A stretch of DNA of 58,473 bases, from assembly GCA_038046405.1 (NCBI GenBank), contig JBBSWI010000008.1:60939-119411 (forward strand), in the 5' to 3' direction. The DNA is from Nanobdellota archaeon. GTDB taxonomy: Archaea; Nanobdellota; Nanobdellia; SCGC-AAA011-G17; JAGVZF01. Made by a program: the position numbers and the translations under genes. Below are positions 1-8,627 of this stretch, in pieces; position 1 is the stretch's first letter; each line of letters opens with the position of its first letter. Below the pieces are notes generated by a model. That model was given only the letters and a program-made list of their open reading frames with translations, did not search any database and was not told the DNA's origin.

Positions 1-1
1 G

Positions 2-229
2 AAGAATTTTGAAAGAGGAACTAAGGAAATTTTGAAGGCTGTTGTAAAAAGCAAGGTCTTTAGCATTGTTGGCGGAGGTCATAGCTTGGATGCTGTTGAA
101 AGATATGTTGGCAAGAGAAAAATAAGCTATGTTAGCCTAGCTGGTGGAGCTTTACTTGAATATATGGCTGGAAAAAAGCTTCCTGGTTTAATTGTTTTGG
201 AAATGTGGGCAAGAAGATTTGACTTATAA
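2..229 (+). CDS. pgk: phosphoglycerate kinase, C-terminal part (5' end lies outside the window)
   Basis: The frame is open to the window edge. ...FSIVGGGHSLDAVERY...SLAGGALLEYMAGKKLPGL matches the PGK C-terminus (GGGDS / STGGGA..E...GK.LPG pattern). Confidence 0.85.
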   Translation, partial: KNFERGTKEILKAVVKSKVFSIVGGGHSLDAVERYVGKRKISYVSLAGGALLEYMAGKKLPGLIVLEMWARRFDL

Positions 230-255
230 AAAGAAAAATCAAGTATAGAATAAAA

Positions 256-531
256 TCTTATGTTATATTCAACGAAGACTTAAAAAATACTAATCCAGAA
301 TTACTGAAGAATTATATTGGTAGCTATAAGTTCCACCCCAAAGAGTTTTCTAGCATTACTGACACTATAATTTACAAAGACACAGTTATCTTGTTTGTAT
401 GGACTGGAAAACCACCGATTGCAATTGTCATAAAAAATAAAGATAATGCGGAGAGCTATAAAAACCAGTTTAAACTTATGTGGAAAAATGCAAAAAAAAT
501 AAAGAAAACCTTCTTAGTTATAATGCATTAG
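256..531 (+). pseudogene. start-less C-terminal fragment of a TrmB-like regulator paralog
   Basis: The open frame has no ATG/GTG/TTG start. VIFNEDLK..YKFHPKEFSSITDTIIYKDTVILFVWTGKPPIAIVIKNKDNAESYKNQFKLMWKNAKK is colinear with the C-termini of the ORFs at 38245-39012 and 53117-53866. Confidence 0.45.
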
Positions 532-598
532 TAGTTAAGATAATTTATATATTATTCAGAGGTTTTATTTTTTAGTTAATTTTAGGGGGTTTAATAGA

Positions 599-706
599 AT
601 GAATTTAGAACTAGAAGAAGTAGAAAGAATTACAAGTATTTTATTGAGAAAACTGCCATTAGGGCAATTTAGTTTTGAACAAGCAGGCATTGACAAGATT
701 GCCTGA
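599..706 (+). CDS. small ORF (35 aa), hypothetical
   Basis: ATG preceded by a GGGGG SD-like run. It ends in a CAGGCA/TGCCTG hairpin and has no recognisable family. Confidence 0.2.
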   Translation: MNLELEEVERITSILLRKLPLGQFSFEQAGIDKIA

Positions 707-711
707 TTCTT

Positions 712-1140
712 TTATTTTTGCGCAAAAGAAGGCGCTAATTTTATACTGTTCAGTCTGTTTATGCAATCTATAAGTTTGCCTTTTATAATATAAAATTTCT
801 CTCTTACAATGTCAGTATCCTCTATTAATGTTCTGAAGTTGCTCTTTATGAACTCTATATACTCTTTTATGATATATTTTATATCTCCATAAATTACACC
901 TAAATCCTCCTTATTTTCATCTGAAAGCGGAGAATTTTTATCTTTTTTTGCATTATTTACCCACTGCAATAATTTGATCATTATCTCAAAATCTTGCTCA
1001 TAAATCTTTTTATAGAATGCAGATATTTCTCTTACAGTTATATTGGACTTCTCCATTTTAAGTATAAAGTCTTCATTGTAATTCACGAAACCAGTTAAAT
1101 AAATACTGTAATAATCTATTGTTTTTATTATGTCTTGCAT
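712..1140 (-). CDS. hypothetical protein
   Basis: 142-aa ORF with ATG start and no recognisable motif. Confidence 0.55.
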   Translation of the reverse strand: MQDIIKTIDYYSIYLTGFVNYNEDFILKMEKSNITVREISAFYKKIYEQDFEIMIKLLQWVNNAKKDKNSPLSDENKEDLGVIYGDIKYIIKEYIEFIKSNFRTLIEDTDIVREKFYIIKGKLIDCINRLNSIKLAPSFAQK

Positions 1141-1207
1141 TAATATTCAAATTACTATTTATTTATAATGATTTTCGTTTTTTAAGAGGTGTTTAAATAA
1201 ATTTTTA

Positions 1208-1516
1208 TTGGGGTATAAACCATTGTTAAATCTAGAGAAATTAGGCTATCTTTATTATAAATTGCATCTAAAACTCCATAATACAAATGCCGAAAGAGAG
1301 AAAGAGCTAGACTCATTCTTATTCTCAAATCCAAATATTATATATAAAAATAAGTCAATCGGTAATACTGATTATGAAATTGATATCAATGTAGAAAATC
1401 CTATGAAGTTAAGGTTGCTAATAAAAAAGATTAAGGACAAATTTTTTGATATCCTCCAAGATTATGTAATACTGTACTACCTAAAAGAGCACAAATATGT
1501 GTTGTTTCCATCATAA
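1208..1516 (+). CDS. Lrp/AsnC-like ligand-binding (RAM) domain protein lacking the N-terminal HTH; possibly truncated
   Basis: TTG start. GYKPLLNLEKLGYLYYKLHLKL... resembles the linker plus RAM domain of archaeal Lrp-type regulators. There is no room for an HTH upstream. Confidence 0.35.
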   Translation: MGYKPLLNLEKLGYLYYKLHLKLHNTNAEREKELDSFLFSNPNIIYKNKSIGNTDYEIDINVENPMKLRLLIKKIKDKFFDILQDYVILYYLKEHKYVLFPS

Positions 1517-1566
1517 GTCCCACATCAGTTAATTTTTTAAATGTCGGTTTTCTTGTTTATTATTAT

Positions 1567-1640
1567 GGGCCGGTAGTTTAGCTCGGCAAAATACTCGCAT
1601 GGCATGCGAGTGATCGAGGGTTCAAATCCCCCCCGGTCCA
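1567..1640 (+). tRNA. tRNA-Ala (anticodon GGC)
   Basis: Hand-folded cloverleaf. Acceptor GGGCCGG/CCGGTCC with G3:U70; anticodon stem CTCGC/GCGAG; loop ATGGCAT; T-loop TTCAAAT. One A-C mismatch in the T-stem. No encoded CCA. Confidence 0.8.
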
Positions 1641-1645
1641 CTTAA

Positions 1646-1718
1646 GGGCCAGTAATTAAACTTGGTATAATACTGCGTTCGCAATGCAGAAGTTCGGGTT
1701 CAAATCCCGACTGGTCCA
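1646..1718 (+). tRNA. tRNA-Ala (anticodon CGC)
   Basis: Acceptor GGGCCAG/CTGGTCC with G3:U70; anticodon loop TTCGCAA; T-arm TCGGG-TTCAAAT-CCCGA. Lies 5 nt after the previous tRNA. Confidence 0.85.
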
Positions 1719-1719
1719 G

Positions 1720-2295
1720 ATGAAAATGATAACAATAAAAGAATTCAAGAGACTGAAATTTAAGAACAAGAATCCCATCAATGTAGATGAAGTTATAGGC
1801 AAGAATATATTTAATGCCCTAAAAGAAAAAATTGACATTGTCAATAAAAATATTGTTGTTCTTTGTGGAAATACCAATAAGGGCCATTTGGGATTAATTG
1901 TTGCAAGATACTTAAGAGAAGAAGCCAATGTAAAGGTTATTTTTCTGGACAAGAAAGAGAACCTTGATGAGGACTTCAAAATAAATTACCTAAGAATTCT
2001 TGGAAATTTAAAACAAGATCAAAACTTGATATATAATACCGATATTTTAATAGATGCAATCCTTGACAATGAAATTAGGGGATTTATTAGGGAGCCTGCT
2101 AAATCAGCCATAATAAAGTATAATAACTCAAAGGCTTATAAGATTGCCATGGATTATCCTTCGGGATTAAATCCTGATAATGGAATAGTGATAGACATAT
2201 CAACAAATAATGACCTGATATTAACGATACATGACACTAAAAAAGGATTATTAGACTACAAAAACGTTGTAATTGTTGAATCAGGATTAAAGTAG
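1720..2295 (+). CDS. YjeF_N-type NAD(P)H-hydrate epimerase-like protein
   Basis: VVLCGNTNKGHLGLIVARYL and IAMDYPSGLNPDNG match the YjeF N-terminal domain pattern. The start was moved to the ATG at 1720 because the longer ORF overlaps tRNA-Ala. Confidence 0.7.
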   Translation: MKMITIKEFKRLKFKNKNPINVDEVIGKNIFNALKEKIDIVNKNIVVLCGNTNKGHLGLIVARYLREEANVKVIFLDKKENLDEDFKINYLRILGNLKQDQNLIYNTDILIDAILDNEIRGFIREPAKSAIIKYNNSKAYKIAMDYPSGLNPDNGIVIDISTNNDLILTIHDTKKGLLDYKNVVIVESGLK

Positions 2296-2296
2296 A

Positions 2297-2483
2297 ATGA
2301 TACAAATATTAGTCTTTGGAGATAGTATTTCATATGGCGCATGGGACTTAGAAGGTTGGTGAGTACAAAGATTAAGGAAATACTTAGGCAAAAAAATTAA
2401 CAATTAATTCCTACTACACAATATACAATCTTGGAGTCGATGGTGATACAACAAATAATTTATTAGAAAAATTTATGTATTGA
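2297..2483 (+). pseudogene. decayed GDSL/SGNH hydrolase remnant
   Basis: MIQILVFGDSISYGAWDLEGW (block I GDS), then an in-frame TGA, then VQRLRKYLGKK, then TAA and a frameshift, then YNLGVDGDTTNNLLEKF (block II). It is then truncated. Confidence 0.6.
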
Positions 2484-2498
2484 CTCTCTTATGATATT

Positions 2499-2519
2499 TT
2501 GTTCATTTATAGTGAACAA
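2499..2519 (+). promoter_or_regulatory. perfect inverted repeat TTGTTCA-N7-TGAACAA spanning a TATA-like TTTATAG upstream of the COG1373 ATPase
   Basis: Seen directly in the sequence. It lies about 25-45 nt upstream of the candidate starts at 2545 and 2584. Confidence 0.3.
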
Positions 2520-2544
2520 AAAATAGCTATTTTGTGCAATAATA

Positions 2545-3867
2545 ATGAAAAGATTTATAAACTCTCATTTTCATTATATTGCCATGTTATCAGAAGCAGA
2601 AATAAAGGATATACTTACAAGGCAAAAAGAAACCATTCTTAGCAAGGAGTATGGCGTAGAAAGAGTAATTTTAAGGGGAGTAGAGCCTAAGATAAAACTA
2701 CCCCATGTTGTTGTTTTAACAGGTCTGCGAAGAAGCGGCAAATCTACATTATTAAGGCAGTTAATAAAAAAACATTATAAAGACGAAGACTTTTATTACA
2801 TAAACTTTGAAGATGAGAGATTATTCAATTTTCCAGCAAACGAATTTAATAGGCTCTATGAAGCATTAATAAGCTTGTACGGAAAAAAGAAAACTTTTTT
2901 TCTTGACGAAATTCAGAATGTAACTAATTTTGAGACATTTGTAAGAAGGTTTTATGAAGAAAAATTTAAATTTTTTATAACTGGCTCAAGTGCGGCCCTA
3001 TTAAGCAGAGAGTTAGGAACAAAACTTACTGGCAGGCATGTGGACATTATTGTCAGGCCTTTCTCGTTTTTGGAATTTCTAGAACTACAAGGAGTTAAAA
3101 TAAACCAGGAGCCTATTTACAAAACAGAGACAAAAGTCAAAATCAAAAAATATTTTGAAGCGTACCTACTAAAAGGAGGCATGCCTGAATATTTGATTTA
3201 TAATGATCTGGAATTATTAACAAGAGTTTATGAAGACACTATAATTAAAGATATAGCAGTTAGATATAAAGTAGATAATGTGGCAATTCTAAGACAATTA
3301 TATTTCTGCCTAATAAATAATTTTGCCAACAAGTTCAGCTATAACTCTCTTAAGAAAGTTACTAGTATTAAGAGTGTTAATACCATCAAGAAGTTTATAT
3401 CCTATCTTGAAGAGACTTATTTTGCCAAAACAATAAATAAATTTGATTACTCCTACAAAAAACAGATGATAAATAATAAGAAATTTTATGTTTTAGATAA
3501 TGGATTTATTGGGGTTCTCTCTAAGAAGCTAACTAACGACAGCGGATGGCTGCTGGAAAGCTTAGTTTTCAACTGCTTAAATAGATTTCATGAAGTCTTT
3601 TATCATTCTGATAAAAAGGAATGTGATTTTCTTATTGTTAAAAATAAAGAAATAAAGCAAGCAATACAAGTTTGTTATGAATTAAATGAAGAAAATAGAG
3701 AAAGAGAAGTTGAAGGGCTAATTGAGGCAATAGAGAAATTTAAGCTTAAAGAAGGATTGCTTCTGACAAATAGCCAGGAAGAAGAGCTTAAACTAAACGG
3801 GAAAAAAATAGTTATTAAACCTGTTTGGAAGTGGCTCCTGGAAAATCGTGAAGAGATTAAAAAATGA
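2545..3867 (+). CDS. AAA+ superfamily ATPase (COG1373-like; AAA_14 plus DUF4143 architecture)
   Basis: Walker A motif LTGLRRSGKST. Length and C-terminal pattern are typical of archaeal COG1373 ATPases. The start may instead be the ATG at 2584. Confidence 0.75.
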   Translation: MKRFINSHFHYIAMLSEAEIKDILTRQKETILSKEYGVERVILRGVEPKIKLPHVVVLTGLRRSGKSTLLRQLIKKHYKDEDFYYINFEDERLFNFPANEFNRLYEALISLYGKKKTFFLDEIQNVTNFETFVRRFYEEKFKFFITGSSAALLSRELGTKLTGRHVDIIVRPFSFLEFLELQGVKINQEPIYKTETKVKIKKYFEAYLLKGGMPEYLIYNDLELLTRVYEDTIIKDIAVRYKVDNVAILRQLYFCLINNFANKFSYNSLKKVTSIKSVNTIKKFISYLEETYFAKTINKFDYSYKKQMINNKKFYVLDNGFIGVLSKKLTNDSGWLLESLVFNCLNRFHEVFYHSDKKECDFLIVKNKEIKQAIQVCYELNEENREREVEGLIEAIEKFKLKEGLLLTNSQEEELKLNGKKIVIKPVWKWLLENREEIKK

Positions 3868-4054
3868 CAATAAAATTTTTAGTTGCTGGTGACTCAAGTT
3901 TCATGAGAAAATTAATTTCAGATATTTGTATGATGAACTTATAAAATTAAACTATGAAACATTGTTAGAAAATGAGGATTATCCAAATACAAATGGACAT
4001 GAATTAATATTTAAACTAGTAAAAAATTATTTATTAAAAAAACAATATCATAAA
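3864..4054 (+). pseudogene. possible CheY-like receiver-domain remnant (frameshifted) upstream of the HAD gene
   Basis: MTIKFLVAGDSSFMRKLISDI resembles the CheY N-terminus (..DDSAFMR..L.DIL). After a 1-nt frame change, LYDELIKLNYETLLENEDYPNTNGHELIFKL continues the pattern. Confidence 0.3.
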
Positions 4055-4696
4055 ATGATAAAGGCAATAATATTTGATTCAGACAACACTTTAATAGATT
4101 TCAGCAGAATTGCGACACCTTGCATTCAGAAAACAGCGAAGGTTATGGGCTTAAAAGTTCCTAGCCCTGAAATAATAAATAAATTTTGGGGCAGAAGCCT
4201 AAATTATATTATAATTAATTTATGGGGTAAAAAATATATTAAGGAATTCAGGAAAGACTATTTTAAGATAATCTTCAAGTATAAATTCAAAGAAATAAAA
4301 GGGGCTAAAGAAACTATAAATTCCTTGAAGAAAAAGTATAAAATGGCTATAATAAGTGCCAAACCAAAATCATTGATGGTAAAAAATTTTAGAGATATAA
4401 ACCTAGATACTAAAATCTTTAAATTTATGTTAAGCGCAGACGATACCAAATACCATAAGCCTGACCAAAGAGTTTTTAATGGCGTTGCAAAAAAATTGGG
4501 AGCCCAGAAAAATGAAGTATTGTATGTTGGAGACTCTATAGTTGATTTTATAGCCACTAAAAAAGCTGGCCTTAACTTTGTTGCAGTATTAACGGGAAGC
4601 TATACTAAAAAAGATTTCCAAAAATTTGGATTGAAAAAAGAAAACATTTTAAAATCTATAAAAGAACTGCCTAAATGGCTGGAGAAAAATGGATGA
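4055..4696 (+). CDS. HAD-superfamily hydrolase (phosphoglycolate phosphatase-like)
   Basis: Motif I IIFDSDNTLIDF, motif II ISAKP, K in HKPD, motif IV VGDSIVDF. The start was set at the ATG immediately before motif I. Confidence 0.8.
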   Translation: MIKAIIFDSDNTLIDFSRIATPCIQKTAKVMGLKVPSPEIINKFWGRSLNYIIINLWGKKYIKEFRKDYFKIIFKYKFKEIKGAKETINSLKKKYKMAIISAKPKSLMVKNFRDINLDTKIFKFMLSADDTKYHKPDQRVFNGVAKKLGAQKNEVLYVGDSIVDFIATKKAGLNFVAVLTGSYTKKDFQKFGLKKENILKSIKELPKWLEKNG

Positions 4697-5096
4697 ATGC
4701 CTATTTTGCAGGATAGTGAAAGGAGAAATTCCAAGCTTTAAGGTCTATGAGGACAAGGAGTTTATAGCTTTCCTAGACATCGGGCCCGTAAATAAAGGCC
4801 ACACTTTGATAGTTCCAAAAACGCATTCCGAAACTTTTATGCATATGGATGAGAATGAACTAGGAAAAGTGATGCACGCAGTTCAGAAAGTTGCAAATGC
4901 TATATTAAAAGCAACTAAAGCTGACGGATTTAACCTGATGCTTAACAACAAAAAGGCGGCAGGACAGGTAATTGACCATACACACTTCCATATCATCCCA
5001 AGATTCCATAATGATGGATTTAAGCACTGGCCACAGGGAAAATATGCTGATGGAGAAGCAGGAAAGATTGCCACTGAAATAAAAAGGTTTTTATAA
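4689..5096 (+). CDS. HIT family (histidine triad) protein
   Basis: CLFCRIVKGEIPS... and the HTHFHIIP triad. Confidence 0.9.
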   Translation: MDECLFCRIVKGEIPSFKVYEDKEFIAFLDIGPVNKGHTLIVPKTHSETFMHMDENELGKVMHAVQKVANAILKATKADGFNLMLNNKKAAGQVIDHTHFHIIPRFHNDGFKHWPQGKYADGEAGKIATEIKRFL

Positions 5097-5123
5097 GGAC
5101 TTTTTTCTAATTTAATTTAATAA

Positions 5124-5197
5124 GCCTCGGTAACTCAGCCTGGTAGAGTGCGGCTCTCATAAGGCCGTTGTCGTGGGTTCAAATCCCATCCGAGGCA
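5124..5197 (+). tRNA. tRNA with CAT anticodon (elongator Met or Ile2)
   Basis: Acceptor GCCTCGG/CCGAGGC; D-stem ACTC/GAGT; anticodon loop CTCATAA; T-arm GTGGG-TTCAAAT-CCCAT. Confidence 0.85.
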
Positions 5198-5337
5198 GTC
5201 GTTCCTTTTTCTCGACGATAAAAACCATGCTGTCGACGACGCTAGACATTGAACTAAGATTTCTATTGAATTTTATGGGTTGAGTTAAATGTTGTTGGGT
5301 GGCAAATCGCTAGGATTTCGAAAGGTTTAAATACTAG

Positions 5338-5353
5338 GTAAGACTTATCTTAC
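5338..5353 (+). promoter_or_regulatory. inverted repeat GTAAGA-CTTA-TCTTAC (putative antitoxin operator)
   Basis: Lies directly upstream of the SD (GGTGA) of the AbrB-type antitoxin. The same half-site recurs at 37436-37458 and 44140-44154. Confidence 0.35.
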
Positions 5354-5365
5354 TTGGTGATAAAA

Positions 5366-5635
5366 ATGGTAGAAATAAACATAACAAAAATGAGTTCAAA
5401 AGGACAAATTGTAATTCCTATAGAAATGAGAAAAGATTTTAGTATTAATGAGAGATTTATATTAATAAGAAATAGGGATCAGATAATACTGAAGAGAGCA
5501 ACAGATTTCAATAAAGAACTAGAAGAAGATTTGATATTTGCAAAGAAAACAGAAGAAGCGTTTAGAAGATATGAACGTGGTAAATCTAAGAAAAAGAGTG
5601 ATAAAGAATTTTTAGAAGAACTTAATAAATGGTGA
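5366..5635 (+). CDS. AbrB/SpoVT-family antitoxin
   Basis: MSSKGQIVIPIEMRK swapped-hairpin motif. Overlaps the toxin start (ATGGTGA). Confidence 0.8.
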   Translation: MVEINITKMSSKGQIVIPIEMRKDFSINERFILIRNRDQIILKRATDFNKELEEDLIFAKKTEEAFRRYERGKSKKKSDKEFLEELNKW

Positions 5636-5877
5636 CCATAAAATATGACGCTGTTTTTGAAAGAAACATAAAAAAGATAAAAGATGGGCTTTTAAAGCTA
5701 AAAGTTAAGAAGCAGATTGAGAAGATTGTTAAATCTCCAGAAATTGGTAAGCCCATGAAATTCGGTAGAAAAGGAACTAGAGAAGTATATATTCCGCCAT
5801 TCAGACTTTCTTATTCTTATATCAAAGAAGAAGACACAATAATATTCTTTGAATTATATCATAAAGACGAACAATAG
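5629..5877 (+). CDS. RelE/ParE-superfamily toxin
   Basis: 82 aa. ...GKPMKFGRKGTREVYIPPFRLSYSY..EDTIIFFELYHKDEQ matches the typical RelE/YafQ-like C-terminus. Translationally coupled to the antitoxin. Confidence 0.7.
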   Translation: MVTIKYDAVFERNIKKIKDGLLKLKVKKQIEKIVKSPEIGKPMKFGRKGTREVYIPPFRLSYSYIKEEDTIIFFELYHKDEQ

Positions 5878-6154
5878 AATTCTTTACAAAAATGAAACAA
5901 CTAAAAATTAAAAAAGAAATAGTATAACTTATTCTGTGACTATTGATTATTCTCAGAATAGTACTTACCTGTTTCCATAAAAAATGTTGAATTTAATTGA
6001 CAAAATAAAAGAGCGTGGCAACGGAATCTTGCCATGCAACCACAATAGCGTTAGCGTGAGTTTTCCTTTGCCAGGAGAACAAAAATGGAACACTCTGTCC
6101 ATAAAGTTGGCTTGAACATTCACTTAGAAGTAAAAGAAGAAGCAGATAAAATAT

Positions 6155-6307
6155 TTATTCCATTCCTAAACTTACTCTTATTGCCAGATTAACTTTTTCC
6201 ATTAAATTGCATTCTATATGTGATAACCTTCTTAATACTCTAGATTTATCTATAGTGCGTATTTGATTTAATAAAATTGTGGAGTCTTTTTCTAAAATTT
6301 TATCGTC
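6155..6307 (-). pseudogene. MazF/PemK-type toxin, C-terminal fragment only
   Basis: ILLNQIRTIDKSRVLRRLSHIECNLMEKVNLAIRVSLG matches the conserved MazF C-terminus (DQIRTIDK.RL...G.L....M..V..AL...LGL). A stop lies upstream and there is no start. Confidence 0.5.
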
Positions 6308-6342
6308 CTAAAATTCCTAGAAGACATGTGCTCATTCGAGCA

Positions 6343-7335
6343 TTAAAATTTTATAGAATTGACTTTCTTCCCCCTCATGAAACTTTTTATATTGAATATT
6401 GTTGTTTCAAGAATTCTTTCGACAGCTTCTTTTGTGTTGAAGGCGTTATGCGGGGTAATGATGACATTGTCTCTTTTTAATAAGCTGTAATCTTCCAGTA
6501 TTATTTTAAGATCCTGTTTATTCATTTTTGATTTTATAAACTTAATTTCCTCTCCAATAAAATTCTCTTCTTCAAGAACATCAAGACCCGCTGCTGAAAT
6601 TATCTTTGAATCAAGTGCTTTGATCAATGCCTTTGTTTCGATTAATGCGCCCCTTGCAGTATTTATCAATATAGCACCTTTTTTTATTTTGCCTATGTTT
6701 TTGGTGTTAATCAAATGATGCGTATTCTTATTATAAGGGACGTGAAGGCTTATAATATCGCTCTTTTTTAGGAGTTCATTAAAACTTGTGTAATTGAACT
6801 TTAATTCCTTGGCAAGCTTTTTGTCTGGAAATAAATCATAGGCAATTACATTCATATTGAAGCCCTTTGCCATTCTTACCATATGCTTGCCTATATTCCC
6901 TGTGCCGACTATGCCGATTGTTTTGTTATTCAAGTCAATTCCAATAAGTCCTATCGAGCTAAAGCTCCTACTTTTAACTCTTTCAATACATTGGCTGATT
7001 TTTCTGGTTAGGTTTAATATCAAAGCGAATGCATGCTCTGCAACAGTATTTTCGCCGTAATGTGGAACATAACAGACAGTAATATTTCGCTTTTTGCACT
7101 CCTCTAAATCAATGTGATCGTAGCCAGTCGACATTGTAGCTATTAACTTTAGTCTTTTCATTTTCTTAAGAACGTTCTTGTCTATTTTTTTGTGGATAAA
7201 CACTGCTATTGATTCATAGTTCTTGAATTTAGATGCGTTGTTTGGAGTAAGGTGAAAGCTGAATAGATCTGCTTTAATCCCTTTCCTTACAAACTCTTTC
7301 TCATGATTTTCAAGCTCGAAAAATGCCGTTTTCAT
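6343..7335 (-). CDS. D-isomer-specific 2-hydroxyacid dehydrogenase (NAD-binding)
   Basis: GIVGTGNIGKHMVRMAKGFNMNVIAYD Rossmann motif and the ...ITPHNAF catalytic His region. Confidence 0.85.
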   Translation of the reverse strand: MKTAFFELENHEKEFVRKGIKADLFSFHLTPNNASKFKNYESIAVFIHKKIDKNVLKKMKRLKLIATMSTGYDHIDLEECKKRNITVCYVPHYGENTVAEHAFALILNLTRKISQCIERVKSRSFSSIGLIGIDLNNKTIGIVGTGNIGKHMVRMAKGFNMNVIAYDLFPDKKLAKELKFNYTSFNELLKKSDIISLHVPYNKNTHHLINTKNIGKIKKGAILINTARGALIETKALIKALDSKIISAAGLDVLEEENFIGEEIKFIKSKMNKQDLKIILEDYSLLKRDNVIITPHNAFNTKEAVERILETTIFNIKSFMRGKKVNSIKF

Positions 7336-8627
7336 AGATTAACCCTGCATGAATAATAGCAGACCCTTTCTGGATAGACCGCTTTTTTACCCAGTTCTTC
7401 TTCTATCCTTAGTAATTGGTTATATTTCGATATTCTTTCGCCTCTTGAAGGAGCTCCTGCTTTTATCTGGCCAAAGCCCAGGCCGACTGACAAGTCTGCT
7501 ATGAATGAATCCTCTGTATCTCCGCTCCTATGGCTGATTATTACGTCCCAGCCATTTTTAATTGCGAGTTTCCCCGCATTTATCGCTTCTGTTAAAGTGC
7601 CTATCTGATTTAATTTTAATAATAGACAGTTGCATGAGTTTAATTTTATGGCTTTTTTAATCCTCTCAATGTTTGTTACTAGCAAATCATCGCCGATTAC
7701 AGTAACTCCAGTCCCAAATTCAACAAACTTCTTGAATTCAAGGAATTTGTCCTGCTCAAAAGGATCTTCCAAAGCAATTATCGGATATTCTTCAATTAAG
7801 CTTTTGTACAATCCAAATAATTGATTTAATGAATAACATTTCCCTTCAATGCAATATTGTTTCTTGCCTCTAATTTTTTTGTACAAACTAGAGGCAGCTA
7901 CATCGATTGCTATATTGACATTTTTTTCATATCCAAGCTCTTCTATTGCTTTCATCATTAAATCCAAAGGCTCCTTTACACTTTTCAAGTTTGGAGCGAA
8001 ACCACCTTCATCCCCCAGATTTATGGAAAACTTTCCATGTTTTTTTATTATAACCTGCTTCAATGTATGGTATATTTCAGAGCCCATTCTTAACGATTCT
8101 GAATAGTTCTTTGCAATAGGCACTATAAGATATTCCTGAAAGTCCAGAGCATTTCCTGCATGCATTCCGCCATTTATCACATTCATGAAGGGAACTGGAA
8201 CCACATAATTCCTGTTATCAGAAATTTTTGCTATGTATTCATAAAGCTTCAGGCCCTGACAAATTGCAGAGGTTCTTGCGCAGGCCATGCTCACTCCCAG
8301 GATTGCGTTGGCGCCGAGTTTCTTTTTATTTTTTGTGCCGTCCAATTTAACCATTAAACTGTCAATAAAGTCCTGGTCTTCTATGTTTTTTCCTGTTAAT
8401 TTTTTTCTTATTACTGTGTTTACATTGTTGACCGCTTTTTTCACCCCTAGCCCTAGATATCTTTTATTGTTGTCACGCAATTCAAAGGCCTCATACCTCC
8501 CTTTAGAAGCGCCGCTAGGAACTATGGCAGAAGACTTGCAGTAATTAGTTGAAACTTCTACTTCTATTGTAGGATTGCCCCTAGAGTCAAGAACCTCCCT
8601 TGCTTTAATATCCTTTATTTTGTTCAT
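7332..8627 (-). CDS. eno: enolase
   Basis: IKAREVLDSRGNPTIEVEV and the SHRSGDTEDSFIADLSVG signature. Confidence 0.95.
   Translation of the reverse strand: MNKIKDIKAREVLDSRGNPTIEVEVSTNYCKSSAIVPSGASKGRYEAFELRDNNKRYLGLGVKKAVNNVNTVIRKKLTGKNIEDQDFIDSLMVKLDGTKNKKKLGANAILGVSMACARTSAICQGLKLYEYIAKISDNRNYVVPVPFMNVINGGMHAGNALDFQEYLIVPIAKNYSESLRMGSEIYHTLKQVIIKKHGKFSINLGDEGGFAPNLKSVKEPLDLMMKAIEELGYEKNVNIAIDVAASSLYKKIRGKKQYCIEGKCYSLNQLFGLYKSLIEEYPIIALEDPFEQDKFLEFKKFVEFGTGVTVIGDDLLVTNIERIKKAIKLNSCNCLLLKLNQIGTLTEAINAGKLAIKNGWDVIISHRSGDTEDSFIADLSVGLGFGQIKAGAPSRGERISKYNQLLRIEEELGKKAVYPERVCYYSCRVNL

Noticed and set aside
1656-1979. 107-aa minus-strand ORF, and the 1684 start of the plus-strand ORF
   Set aside because: Both overlap tRNA-Ala(CGC) at 1646-1718. 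The plus-strand gene is better started at the ATG at 1720. The minus-strand ORF is antisense to the YjeF_N gene.
2360-2362. In-frame TGA in the GDSL remnant as a possible recoded codon (an alternative genetic code)
   Set aside because: Several clearly complete genes in the window terminate with TGA (for example 3865-3867 and 28236-28238). The remnant also has a TAA and a frameshift, and it is truncated.
3933-3990. ATGATGA resembling a C box of a C/D box sRNA
   Set aside because: No D box (CTGA) or C'/D' boxes at appropriate spacing, and no terminal stem.
5984-6115. 43-aa plus-strand ORF (MLNLIDKIKERGNGILPCNHNSVSVSFPLPGEQKWNTLSIKLA) in the tRNA-Met TA patch
   Set aside because: No SD and no recognisable family. 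It lies in a region full of decayed fragments, so it is not reportable as a gene.
6277-6480. 67-aa plus-strand ORF overlapping the 3' end of the dehydrogenase gene
   Set aside because: It is antisense to a well-supported gene and to the mazF relic, and it has no motif.
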